A stretch of 64,000 nucleotides of DNA from an uncultured Acidobacteriota bacterium (GTDB taxonomy: Bacteria; Acidobacteriota; Terriglobia; UBA7540): assembly GCA_964501985.1 (NCBI GenBank), contig CAZCVY010000005.1, positions 377-64,376 of the forward strand. Direction: 5' to 3'. The first letter of the stretch is position 1. Every line of letters starts with the position of its first letter. Shown in pieces: positions 42,142 to 50,911 of this stretch. The translations under genes and the position numbers were made by a program. The notes below the pieces were generated by a model. It was not told where the DNA came from and searched no databases. It saw only the letters and a program-made list of their open reading frames with translations.

Positions 42142-43122
42142 ATGCCTGCGAACCTGACCCCGGTCTATCTGGAAGCGGAGAGACGCTTCAAGAGCGCGAA
42201 GTCGACGGAGGAGAAAGTCGCGGCCATCGAAGAAATGATGGCCACCATTCCGCGCCACAAGGGCACGGAGAAAATGCAAGCGGACCTGAAGCGGCGGCTC
42301 TCCAAGCTGCGCGCTGAGCAGGCCCGCCGGCCCACCAGCCGCATCGACGTCATTCATCGAGTGGAAAAGGAAGGTGCCGGACAGGTGGCGATGGTGGGGC
42401 CGCCCAACAGCGGCAAGTCGCTGTTGGTGCGCCGGCTCACCCATGCTACGCCGGAAGTGGCCGACTATCCCTTCACCACGCGCGTGCCGCTGCCGGGAAT
42501 GATGCCGTTTGAAGACGTGCAGATCCAATTGGTGGATTTGCCTCCGGTGCATCCGGATTTCCCTGAGTCGTGGCTTTATCAGATCATCCGCAACGCCGAC
42601 GCTGCCTTGCTGGTGGTTGACCTGAGCGACCCCGACCTGCTGGAGGATCTCGAGACCACGCTCGGCCAGTTGGCGAGCTCCAAAGTGCAGCTCGACCAAG
42701 GCGAATTACCGAGCGCGCCTGGGTGGCTTCGCAAGCGCACGCTGCTCGTGGCCAACAAGATCGACGTTACCGGCGCACCCGAGGACTTGGATATTCTGCG
42801 CGACCTGTACGGCCAGCGGTTTGCCCTGACCCGAACCTCCGCGGAAACCGGCGAGGGTCTTGATTCTCTTCGCCGTGCGGTGTTCGAGTTGCTGGACGTG
42901 ATTCGCGTCTACACCAAGGCGCCGGGGAAGAAATTGGAGCGGGTCGCGCCCTATATCCTCAAGCGCGGCTCGCGCCTCATCGACCTCGCCGGCCACGTGC
43001 ACCAGGATTTTCTGGCTCAACTCAAGTATGCTCGACTCTGGCGCGAGGGTCGGTTCGATGGCCAGATGATTAATCGCGATCATGTGCTCGAAGATAGGGA
43101 CGTGGTCGAATTACATCGGTAA
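42142..43122 (+). CDS. DRG/Obg-class GTPase with C-terminal TGS domain
   Basis: 326-aa ORF. G1 GPPNSGKS, G3 DLPP, G4 NKID. N-terminal helical segment HKGTEKMQADLKRRLSKLRAE resembles eukaryotic/archaeal DRG. TGS-like C-terminus. Confidence 0.8.
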   Translation: MPANLTPVYLEAERRFKSAKSTEEKVAAIEEMMATIPRHKGTEKMQADLKRRLSKLRAEQARRPTSRIDVIHRVEKEGAGQVAMVGPPNSGKSLLVRRLTHATPEVADYPFTTRVPLPGMMPFEDVQIQLVDLPPVHPDFPESWLYQIIRNADAALLVVDLSDPDLLEDLETTLGQLASSKVQLDQGELPSAPGWLRKRTLLVANKIDVTGAPEDLDILRDLYGQRFALTRTSAETGEGLDSLRRAVFELLDVIRVYTKAPGKKLERVAPYILKRGSRLIDLAGHVHQDFLAQLKYARLWREGRFDGQMINRDHVLEDRDVVELHR

Positions 43123-43156
43123 ATCGGATGATCGGGAGATCGAGCCATCGGGACAT
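43123..43156. repeat. octamer-word array directly after the GTPase stop
   Basis: ATCGGATG ATCGGGAG ATCGAGCC ATCGGGAC AT. Reverse orientation relative to the 50770-50833 array. Confidence 0.75.
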
Positions 43157-43203
43157 TTCGTGTTCGATTTTGCTGTAATCAACTATTGGGGAGGAAACAA
43201 GAG

Positions 43204-43560
43204 ATGAGCAGTTTCATCATAGAGTACTACTATAAGGTTCTGCCGGGCGCTGGCGCCGAGTGGTTGGCGCTTTACAAGAAGAACCACAATCCCATTCTGC
43301 AACAACTCATCAAAGAGGGAATACTTTTGAGCGAGAAACTTTACGAGCGGCGCTTCCACGCAGAGACGCCGGCGTGGGATTACAAGATCGTCATGGTTTG
43401 GCGCGACTGGGCGGCGCTGGAAGAGGCCCATCATCGCGATCCGCAGATCAAGCGCGAGCTTTATCCTGACCAGGAGGAGCTGGCCCGCCAGGAAAAACGG
43501 CGCTGGGAGATGACCACCGGCCATTGGGACGATGTGCTGAAAGAGGTGCCGCTCGACTGA
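43204..43560 (+). CDS. hypothetical protein
   Basis: ORF 43186..43560; start placed at ATG 43204, with GGAGG 9 nt upstream. 118 aa, no recognisable motif. Confidence 0.5.
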   Translation: MSSFIIEYYYKVLPGAGAEWLALYKKNHNPILQQLIKEGILLSEKLYERRFHAETPAWDYKIVMVWRDWAALEEAHHRDPQIKRELYPDQEELARQEKRRWEMTTGHWDDVLKEVPLD

Positions 43561-43670
43561 AGCTGCCGTGAGTCTGCCAACCCATCTGGCGACGTGCTAC
43601 ACTCGTCGGTCCGCTGGCGTCCAGTCACGGTTGAGTGCGGTTCCAAGCCCCAGTTTTTGGAGTGCTACCC

Positions 43671-45767
43671 ATGAGAATCAAACTATCCTCGCCGGAAAAT
43701 GTCATTGTGGAGGCCGCAGTTTTCGCTCTGATCGTTCTCCCGCTGCTTGCCGCGCAGCCGCAAGACGCTTCAACAGAGTCGCCCAAACAAGACACGCACG
43801 GGATCGTGGTGGCCAACATCGACACTTCCGTCAAGCCCGGCGACGATTTTTACCATTACGTCAACGGCGGGTGGATTAAGCGCACGGAAATTCCATCCGA
43901 CCGCGGCGGCGTCGGTGTCTTCACCCGCTTGGCCGACCTCAGCGACAAGCGAACCGTTAGCCTGATTGAGGAGGCAGCGAAGGCCAACGCGCCGAACGGT
44001 TCCAACGTGCGCAAGATTGGCGAACTGTATAACTCGTACATGGACGAAGCTGCCATCGAGGCGAAAGGCCTCGCACCGCTACGACCACACCTCGAATCCA
44101 TTGCCGCCATCCGGAACAAGCGCGAGTTGGCCCGAGCTTTGGGTGAGAGCCTCCGGGCCGACGTCGACGCGCTGAATAACACGAACTTTCACACCCCCAA
44201 CCTTTTCGGGTTGTGGGTCGCACCTGGCTTCAATGATTCGGAACACTATGCCGCCTACCTCTTGCAAGGCGGATTGCAATTGCCTGACCGCGAATACTAC
44301 CTGGCAGACGATGAGCGTATGCGTGACCTCCGCGCCAAATACCAGGCTCACGTTTCAACCATGCTCAAGCTTGCGGGCTTCACGGACACAGACGCTCGCG
44401 CCGCGCGCATCGTGGCGCTTGAGCACGCCATCGCGGAAAAGCACCTTAGCCTGGCTGAGAGCGAAGACATTCATAAGGCCAACAACACTTGGACGCAGCC
44501 CGACTTTGCCGCCAAAGCTCCCGGCCTCGACTGGACGGAGTACTTCCGCGGCGCCGGCCTCAGCAAGCAGGCGAGCTTTATCGTCTGGCAGCCATCAGCC
44601 TTCACCGGGGAATCCGCTCTCGTCGCTTCTACTCCGGTCGACACGTGGAAGGATTGGCTGGCGTACCACCTGATTGAAGCCTGCGCGGGGGTGTTGCCCA
44701 AGGCGCTCAATGATGAGCGCTTCGCCTTCTTCGGCAAGGTACTCACCGGCACGCCGGAACAGCGTCCGCGTTGGAAGCGCGGAGTCGATTTGGTCAACGG
44801 CCTGCTCGGCGACGCCGTGGGCCAAATCTACGCGCAGCGATACTTTCCGCCGGAAGCGAAGGCTGAGGCGCAGGCGATGGTCGCGAACATTATCGCCGCA
44901 TTCCGAAAGCGCATTGAGGCGCTCTCGTGGATGGCCCCTGCCACCAAGGCCGAGGCGCAGGCCAAGCTCACTACCCTTTATGTCGGCATCGGCTACCCGG
45001 AGACTTGGCGCGACTACTCTGGATACGACGTCAAGGCAAACGACATCTTCGGCAACGTCTGGCGCGCCAATCTGTTTGATTACCACCGCGCGGTGGCACG
45101 CCTGGGCCTTCCGATCGATCGCCACGAATGGTCCATGACGCCGCAAACTGTGAATGCCGTCAATCTGCCGCTGCAAAATGCGCTGAATTTTCCCGCGGCC
45201 ATTTTGCAACCTCCGTTCTTCGATCCGCAAGCCCCTGCCGCATTCAACTACGGCGCCATCGGCTCCGTCATCGGTCACGAAATCAGCCACACGTTTGACA
45301 ATGAAGGCAGCGCGTTCGACTCCAAAGGGCGTGTGCGCAATTGGTGGACGGACGCCGACCTCGCCCATTTCAACGCGGCTACCGCGCGTCTCGCGGCACA
45401 ATATGATGCTTACAGGCCCTTCCCCGACCTCGCGGTGAACGGGAAGCAGACGCTCTCAGAAAACATCGCCGACGTCGCAGGCATCTCGGCCGCATACGAT
45501 GGCTACCGCGCCTCACTCGCGGGCAAGACCGCGGCGACGCAAGACGGCTTTTCAGGCGATCAGCAATTCTTCATCGCCTTCGGGCAGAACTGGGGCTCGA
45601 AGGCGCGCGAAGCGATGCTCCGCCGCCAAGTGCTGACGAACGAGCACGCCCCTGCGCAATACCGCGCCGATACCGTCCGAAACATCGACGCATGGTACTC
45701 GAACTTTAATGTCCAACCCGGAGAGACGCTCTACCTTGCGCCGGCGGACCGCGTGCGGATCTGGTGA
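43671..45767 (+). CDS. M13-family zinc metallopeptidase (PepO / endothelin-converting-enzyme-like)
   Basis: ORF 43635..45767; start placed at ATG 43671. HEISHTFD zinc motif and downstream ENIADxxG. Confidence 0.9.
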   Translation: MRIKLSSPENVIVEAAVFALIVLPLLAAQPQDASTESPKQDTHGIVVANIDTSVKPGDDFYHYVNGGWIKRTEIPSDRGGVGVFTRLADLSDKRTVSLIEEAAKANAPNGSNVRKIGELYNSYMDEAAIEAKGLAPLRPHLESIAAIRNKRELARALGESLRADVDALNNTNFHTPNLFGLWVAPGFNDSEHYAAYLLQGGLQLPDREYYLADDERMRDLRAKYQAHVSTMLKLAGFTDTDARAARIVALEHAIAEKHLSLAESEDIHKANNTWTQPDFAAKAPGLDWTEYFRGAGLSKQASFIVWQPSAFTGESALVASTPVDTWKDWLAYHLIEACAGVLPKALNDERFAFFGKVLTGTPEQRPRWKRGVDLVNGLLGDAVGQIYAQRYFPPEAKAEAQAMVANIIAAFRKRIEALSWMAPATKAEAQAKLTTLYVGIGYPETWRDYSGYDVKANDIFGNVWRANLFDYHRAVARLGLPIDRHEWSMTPQTVNAVNLPLQNALNFPAAILQPPFFDPQAPAAFNYGAIGSVIGHEISHTFDNEGSAFDSKGRVRNWWTDADLAHFNAATARLAAQYDAYRPFPDLAVNGKQTLSENIADVAGISAAYDGYRASLAGKTAATQDGFSGDQQFFIAFGQNWGSKAREAMLRRQVLTNEHAPAQYRADTVRNIDAWYSNFNVQPGETLYLAPADRVRIW

Positions 45768-45814
45768 GGCATGTTGCGGGGTTGTGCGCATCAACCACTC
45801 AGGAACGAAAGCAA

Positions 45815-45852
45815 GTCAAAAGGCAAAGTGCAAAAGGCAAAAGTGAAAAACC
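45815..45852. repeat. word array after the M13 peptidase gene
   Basis: CAAAAGGCAAAGTG CAAAAGGCAAAAGTG AAAAACC. Confidence 0.6.
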
Positions 45853-45951
45853 TCTGCTGACTGTGACCGAGAGATGGAAAAGACAGTTCGCATGGATTTC
45901 TCTGGCCGCGATGCCTTGCTGTTGAGTTTATTGTGGGGTATACTCCACAGT

Positions 45952-46185
45952 ATGGAAACCGTCCAAGTAGTCCTAGGTTCAACACTTCTCCGTGCCGCCG
46001 ACGGAGCCGCCAAGCGCGCTCGGATGAATCGCTCAGCGCTGATCCGCGAGGCGCTTCGCGAGTACCTGAAACTCCTCGAAACGCGAGAACTTGAGGCCCG
46101 CGACCGCGCGGGCTATGCCGAGCATCCCCAGGACTCTGCTGAGGCGGTGGATTGGGAGCGGGTGGCAGTATGGCCGGAGCAATAG
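45952..46185 (+). CDS. ribbon-helix-helix (CopG-like) antitoxin
   Basis: ORF 45874..46185; start placed at ATG 45952. RHH segment KRARMNRSALIREALREYL. Overlaps the toxin start by 16 nt. Confidence 0.7.
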   Translation: METVQVVLGSTLLRAADGAAKRARMNRSALIREALREYLKLLETRELEARDRAGYAEHPQDSAEAVDWERVAVWPEQ

Positions 46186-46499
46186 CACGCGGAGAAGTGC
46201 GGCTTTATCAATTCCATCCTCCAGACAAGCAAAGACCCGTGGTCGTGCTCACGCGGGAGAGCGCAATCCGGTACTTGTCGACCGTCGCGGTGGCGCCTAT
46301 AACTTCCACCATTCGGGGGGTGCCGTCCGAAGTGAGTTTGAACGAAGGTGACGGAATGAAGGGGCCCTGCGCCGTCAATCTGCACAACGTCATCTCCGTG
46401 TCAAAAGCTCATCTGGGCCGGCGAGTAGCAGTACTCCAACCGGAGCGGATGAAGGAGATCTGCGGCGCATTGGGCTTCGCGCTCGGTTGTGGCTCGTAA
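46170..46499 (+). CDS. MazF/PemK-family toxin
   Basis: Start at ATG 46170. RGEVRLYQF...RPVVVLT...VAPITSTIRGVPSEV is typical of the PemK/MazF fold. Confidence 0.75.
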   Translation: MAGAIARGEVRLYQFHPPDKQRPVVVLTRESAIRYLSTVAVAPITSTIRGVPSEVSLNEGDGMKGPCAVNLHNVISVSKAHLGRRVAVLQPERMKEICGALGFALGCGS

Positions 46500-46591
46500 C
46501 GGGTTGACGGCGTGGCCCCGTGCTTCCTGGCGGGTTAGGCTGTCACAACCGGTACCCACTCCGCTAAAGGCGGTTTCGCCGACGCCCAAGG

Positions 46592-47797
46592 CTATGGGCA
46601 ATTTGGGTGGGCAGTGGCTGCGTTGCTCCAAGGGGAATTGGCAGAACTGGCGCCGCCCCCGCCACCGACCGTCGAGGCGGCGAATTTCTCCGGCGTGCCC
46701 GGGGGGTCGTCGTTGTTGTAGGTGCACGCATTCCCGCGAGTGGGTTTAACTCCCAATGAGTTGTCATCCGCACTGAAGGACGAGAAGACGGCTGCCGCCC
46801 ACTTCCAACGGATGGAGACATCCGCTGTATTGCTGGCGAATGATTCGCTCCAATTCACCAAGTTAATCCCTCCTTGCAAGCCTGACGTGGGGACGGGGAA
46901 AGAAACGCCCGACAGGAAAACCTCGTCACTTCCGCTCGTGGGAACCGTGGTCTCCCAGGAGTTCGTTCCAGGGTCAAACTTCGTCGAGGCGCAACTGACG
47001 GAAGACGAGAAAGTGACCATCGCGTTGGGGACATGAAGAATGTAAGCATTTCCGTTCGCCTGGAATTGGATGAACCCGCCCTGAAACTGCAGGATCGTTC
47101 CGTCGTGTATTCCGCTGGCGCTGAAATTGGCGTTAAACCAAATCGAGCCGCCCGGCATCGGCGTGCCACGAACGGTGGCGGCGATCAAGCTGGCCTCGCG
47201 GCACGGCGAGGGAGGAACCAGCGTTGACAGGTCGTCAATCGTTCCGCTGATCGTGCCCGGTGTGTCGACCAACGTTGACAAGTGGGTCTTCCCCACAGCG
47301 AGGATCAAATTCAGATTTCCCGGGCCCGAGGCAAATTGCGACGCGAGAGAGCCATCGGTGGCTTCGAACGTTCCCGTGAGATGGGCAGCAACCACACCTT
47401 GGTCTTGCAGAAAGGAGGTGAAATGCGCCCGCCCTTCCAAAGTTCCCTTCGGGGAGGTGTAGCTAAACGAGATGGCGGACGATTGCTCGACCGCAAAGAG
47501 TCCCACCCCCGTGGACGCAACTAACCTGAAGGGTCTCGGACTGGCAGACGAAAATTTGTACGTCCCCACCGACCTTTTTTCAGCCGCCCTCGTGGCGTCG
47601 CCCTCCATCGTGCAGACACCGCCGTTGCAGTTCTGCCAAACAACATTGATCACTTGCGTGCCGGTTCCCTGAAAGACCATCTCGCTCTTCGAATTACCAA
47701 GGGCGATGGTGTCCTGGGCAAAAGCCGTGGGCCCGGCGATGGACCCGAGAAAAAGGGCCAGGTGCAGGGTGAAAATAAACTTCGTCCGCATCATCAT
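46592..47797 (-). CDS. secreted hypothetical protein (beta-rich, Gly/Ser/Thr-rich)
   Basis: ORF 46592..47833; start placed at ATG 47797 (MMMRTKFIFTLHLALFLGSIAGPTAFA signal peptide). No motif recognised. Confidence 0.55.
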   Translation of the reverse strand: MMMRTKFIFTLHLALFLGSIAGPTAFAQDTIALGNSKSEMVFQGTGTQVINVVWQNCNGGVCTMEGDATRAAEKRSVGTYKFSSASPRPFRLVASTGVGLFAVEQSSAISFSYTSPKGTLEGRAHFTSFLQDQGVVAAHLTGTFEATDGSLASQFASGPGNLNLILAVGKTHLSTLVDTPGTISGTIDDLSTLVPPSPCREASLIAATVRGTPMPGGSIWFNANFSASGIHDGTILQFQGGFIQFQANGNAYILHVPNAMVTFSSSVSCASTKFDPGTNSWETTVPTSGSDEVFLSGVSFPVPTSGLQGGINLVNWSESFASNTADVSIRWKWAAAVFSSFSADDNSLGVKPTRGNACTYNNDDPPGTPEKFAASTVGGGGGASSANSPWSNAATAHPNCP

Positions 47798-48056
47798 TGG
47801 TTGTCCCCTGAGTCCATAATATCCAGCATCCATCGGCGATGGAAGTGCGCGGGATCAGCGCAGTTCTGACTGTGGCCGTGTCGCTTCTCGCGCTCCCGCG
47901 GCAACCCAAAGCCATAAATCCCGATGTGAGAAACGGCGTTATCGTTGCCTTGTCCCATGCAGGATTGCGGTAAGCTGTGTGTGACTCGGTGGAGTGCGGG
48001 AAAGCCGCAGACGTTGAAGGCAGGTCCGCGCTTCTCGTTCTGCAAGGGCGGTTTCC

Positions 48057-49916
48057 ATGAAGGATCAGCTTATTCGGCTCGGGATACTGGTGGCGCCAAT
48101 GTTGCTAATTGGGATCGAATCGCTCCCGCACGATTTGGTGATGCAGCGAGCGGCGCCGGCCGAGCAGGCAAATTCCGCCCCCAACACCAATCCCCAATGG
48201 GCGGCAAACCTTCATCCGGATAATGCTTTCTCCACAGCGGTCCGAGATACGTTGGCCGGACATCGCAGCGCCTGGATTCTGTGGCTCGAAAATCCCGATG
48301 CCGCCGCCGGGCACAACCAGGAGAGTTACAAAACGGTCCTGGAAGCACTCGGGTATGAGGTAAAGATCTTAGATAATCCCGAGTTCCATCGGGCGCCCAG
48401 CGCAAACGACGTGCTTCTGATTGTTCCCCAGGCCGTCGGTAAGCGGCTGACCGAGCCGCAACAACACCGGATTATCCAGTATCTCCGGTCGGGAGGAGGA
48501 GTGGTTGCTGACGGCGAGCAGGCTTGGCTCGAGCAGATTGGATTTAAGTTTGCCGGCGTTCCGATGAGGGTATCGTCGGTCGCCGATCCTCGCCATTCCG
48601 AAATCAAATTGACCTGGCGCCCCGAAGAACCTGTGGCGCGATTTACGGCACCCGGCGACGTCCGCAAGTTGATGGTCGAAAATGGCAGCGGACAACCAGT
48701 GGCGCTGGCCGGCTCGTTCGGGCGCGGCCGCTTCGTTTATCTGTCGGCGAGTCTCGACACCTACACGAACGAGGGCACCAGCCACTACCCCTATTTTCCC
48801 GAGTATCTCAGCACGACATTCGGAGCGACGAACCCTCGGCGCAGCAGTCGCCTGGAGGTGTACTTCGATCCCAATTATCGCTTAGGGATGGATCTCAACC
48901 GGCTGGCAGCCAACTGGCACGATTCGGGGATCGGCACGATTTATGTGGCGGCATGGGTGTTCAACCGGAATTTTTCCTTTGCCTACGATGACTTGGTTCG
49001 CGCCTGCCACCGCAACGGCATTGCCGTTTACGCCTGGTTCGTGTTCCCCATGATCACTCCGAAGATGTGGGATGATCATCCGGAATGGCGGGAGAAGACA
49101 GCCACGGGCGCCGACGGCAACGTCGGCTGGCGCTATTTGATGAACTTTCAGAATCCCGACTGTTTTGACGCCGCGATGGCTTGGATGAAAGGCCTCCTGA
49201 ATTCCAGTGATTGGGACGGCGTCAACGTTACGGAATTGAATTTCGACGCGGACTTCGTGGATTATCTACGCCCGGATAAGTTTGTACCGATGAACGACAT
49301 TGTGCGGGCGGACTTCAAGAAGAAGGCGGGCTTTGACCCCATCGAGCTGTTCCAACCGGACTCGTCCCACTACTATAAAAAGAGCCCGTCCGGAATGACC
49401 AAGTTCCAGCTTTACCGCGAAGACATTGTGGTGGATTGGCACCGGCGCGTGCTGGCGGAACTGGAACCTTTGTGCAAACCGCGAGGATTGGAAATCATCG
49501 TCACCATGCTCGATGGCCTGCATGACGACTATGTGCGGCCGGCGCTCGGTGTGGACTCGCGCCGGATTGCCGCCCTGATGCGAGACTTTCCTTTTACGCT
49601 GCAAGTTGAGGACCCCGCGCGTTTCTGGATGATGCCTCCGGAACGTTACCGGCGGTTCGCGGAAACTTATCTCAAGCTGGTTCCCGACCCCCATCGCCTG
49701 ATGTTTGACGTCAACGTGGTGGATAACCGGGACATCACGAATACCCATCTGCCCTCCAAAACGGCCACGGGCACCGAACTCGCGTTGACGCTTCTGAGCG
49801 CGGCGGCGACGTCCGGACGAGTAGCCCTATATTCCGAATATTCCGTATCCCCCAAGGACTGGGACATCATCCAGATGGTATTGGGCCGCCCCACTTCAAT
49901 GCTAGGTTGCCGGTAG
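48057..49916 (+). CDS. hypothetical protein, possible glycoside-hydrolase-like TIM-barrel with N-terminal amidotransferase-like domain
   Basis: 619-aa ORF with an N-terminal hydrophobic segment. The central region (IYVAAWVF...AVYAWFVFP...NFQNPD...VTELNFD) is reminiscent of GHL-type TIM barrels. The assignment is weak. Confidence 0.45.
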   Translation: MKDQLIRLGILVAPMLLIGIESLPHDLVMQRAAPAEQANSAPNTNPQWAANLHPDNAFSTAVRDTLAGHRSAWILWLENPDAAAGHNQESYKTVLEALGYEVKILDNPEFHRAPSANDVLLIVPQAVGKRLTEPQQHRIIQYLRSGGGVVADGEQAWLEQIGFKFAGVPMRVSSVADPRHSEIKLTWRPEEPVARFTAPGDVRKLMVENGSGQPVALAGSFGRGRFVYLSASLDTYTNEGTSHYPYFPEYLSTTFGATNPRRSSRLEVYFDPNYRLGMDLNRLAANWHDSGIGTIYVAAWVFNRNFSFAYDDLVRACHRNGIAVYAWFVFPMITPKMWDDHPEWREKTATGADGNVGWRYLMNFQNPDCFDAAMAWMKGLLNSSDWDGVNVTELNFDADFVDYLRPDKFVPMNDIVRADFKKKAGFDPIELFQPDSSHYYKKSPSGMTKFQLYREDIVVDWHRRVLAELEPLCKPRGLEIIVTMLDGLHDDYVRPALGVDSRRIAALMRDFPFTLQVEDPARFWMMPPERYRRFAETYLKLVPDPHRLMFDVNVVDNRDITNTHLPSKTATGTELALTLLSAAATSGRVALYSEYSVSPKDWDIIQMVLGRPTSMLGCR

Positions 49917-50252
49917 TGTCGTCCTACGGGTAGGAAATTGAGGCGACAAAACCCAAATATTTCGCCCTCCGTCGGGCATTTGGTCCGCGCTTGGCTTCCA
50001 ATTGGACGGATTGTTGCTCGGATATTACATGGAGAAGTATCCTTGCGTGGTAACACGCACACGAATGGGCTATGGCAGGACCCCATCCGAAAAGCTGGCC
50101 AGGAACGCTAGGTGGCACGTCGCGGGTGGTAGATGGGTCTGAAGGCGCGGTCGGCGTTACGAGACAGAGGAATTGCGATTCCAAGGCGTGAGGCGATCCA
50201 CCAGTCTGCTATTCAAGGCCGAAAAGAGGGGCACAGACCGGCCAAGGCAATG

Positions 50253-50575
50253 AAAAATGAAGGTTCATCCGGGGATGTTGATGAAAAGAAAGAAGGACAG
50301 GTATCAGGTGTCAGGGGCCAGGTGTCAGGGGCCAGGTGTCAGGGCTAAGCCTCACGGGTACCCGGCCAATGTGAAAGGTGCTTGATGGAGAAAATAGTCA
50401 AAAATGAAGGTTCATCCGGGGATGTTGATGAAAAGAAAGAAGGACAGGTATCAGGTGTCAAGGGCCGGGTGTCAGGGCTAAGCCTCACGGGTAGCCGACC
50501 AATGTGAAAGGTGCTTGGTGGAGAAAATAGTCAAAAATGAAGGTTCATCCGGGGATGTTTATGAAAAAAAAGGAT
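50253..50575 (+). repeat. tandem repeat (147 nt + 133 nt + partial third unit) carrying the ATGAAGGT...TTGATGAAAA motif
   Basis: Unit 1 is 50253-50399, unit 2 is 50400-50532, and unit 3 starts at 50533. Unit 1 has one extra CCAGGTGTCAGGGG sub-repeat. Confidence 0.9.
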
Positions 50576-50769
50576 TGGCTGGCAGAACATCGGTCAGAAA
50601 ACCAGCTCATTTCACGAAAATGCCCCAATCGAGAGCCATTTGAGTCGAGCCGGTCGGGCTTTTGGCCGAAACTGCAGCGATTGTGCGGCTATCGAGACGA
50701 AGTAGGTTCCATGTTGCGTGCAACCGGCATCCTGCCCCTGAAGCGGTGTGGCCGAGACGGCCATCACAG

Positions 50770-50833
50770 AATCGCTAAATCGCTCAATGATCCGATGACC
50801 CGATCGCCGGATGGCCCGATGTCCCGATCGAGT
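50770..50833. repeat. eight phased octamers upstream of the secA promoter
   Basis: AATCGCTA AATCGCTC AATGATCC GATGACCC GATCGCCG GATGGCCC GATGTCCC GATCGAGT. Confidence 0.8.
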
Positions 50834-50842
50834 GCACCTTCC

Positions 50843-50871
50843 TTGTCAACTCAGGCGGTGGGCCTTACAAT
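50843..50871 (+). promoter_or_regulatory. candidate sigma70 promoter of secA
   Basis: TTGTCA (50843-50848), 17-nt spacer, TACAAT (50866-50871), about 40 nt upstream of the secA ATG. Confidence 0.5.
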
Positions 50872-50911
50872 AGGAAGGATGGAGTCTCATCGGTAGGGCA
50901 ATCTATATACT

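Noticed and set aside
50253-50575. The tandem repeat was checked as a possible CRISPR array.
   Set aside because: The units are 133-147 nt and directly adjacent, with no unique spacers. No cas genes are in the window.
50537-50896. 119-aa ORF ending 16 nt before secA, considered as a SecM-like arrest or leader peptide.
   Set aside because: It starts inside the third tandem-repeat unit and reads straight through the octamer word array (giving ...DPMTRSPDGPMSRS...) and the candidate secA promoter. It has no signal peptide or known arrest motif. Only the first 12 or so codons are conserved, and those are covered under the motif family.
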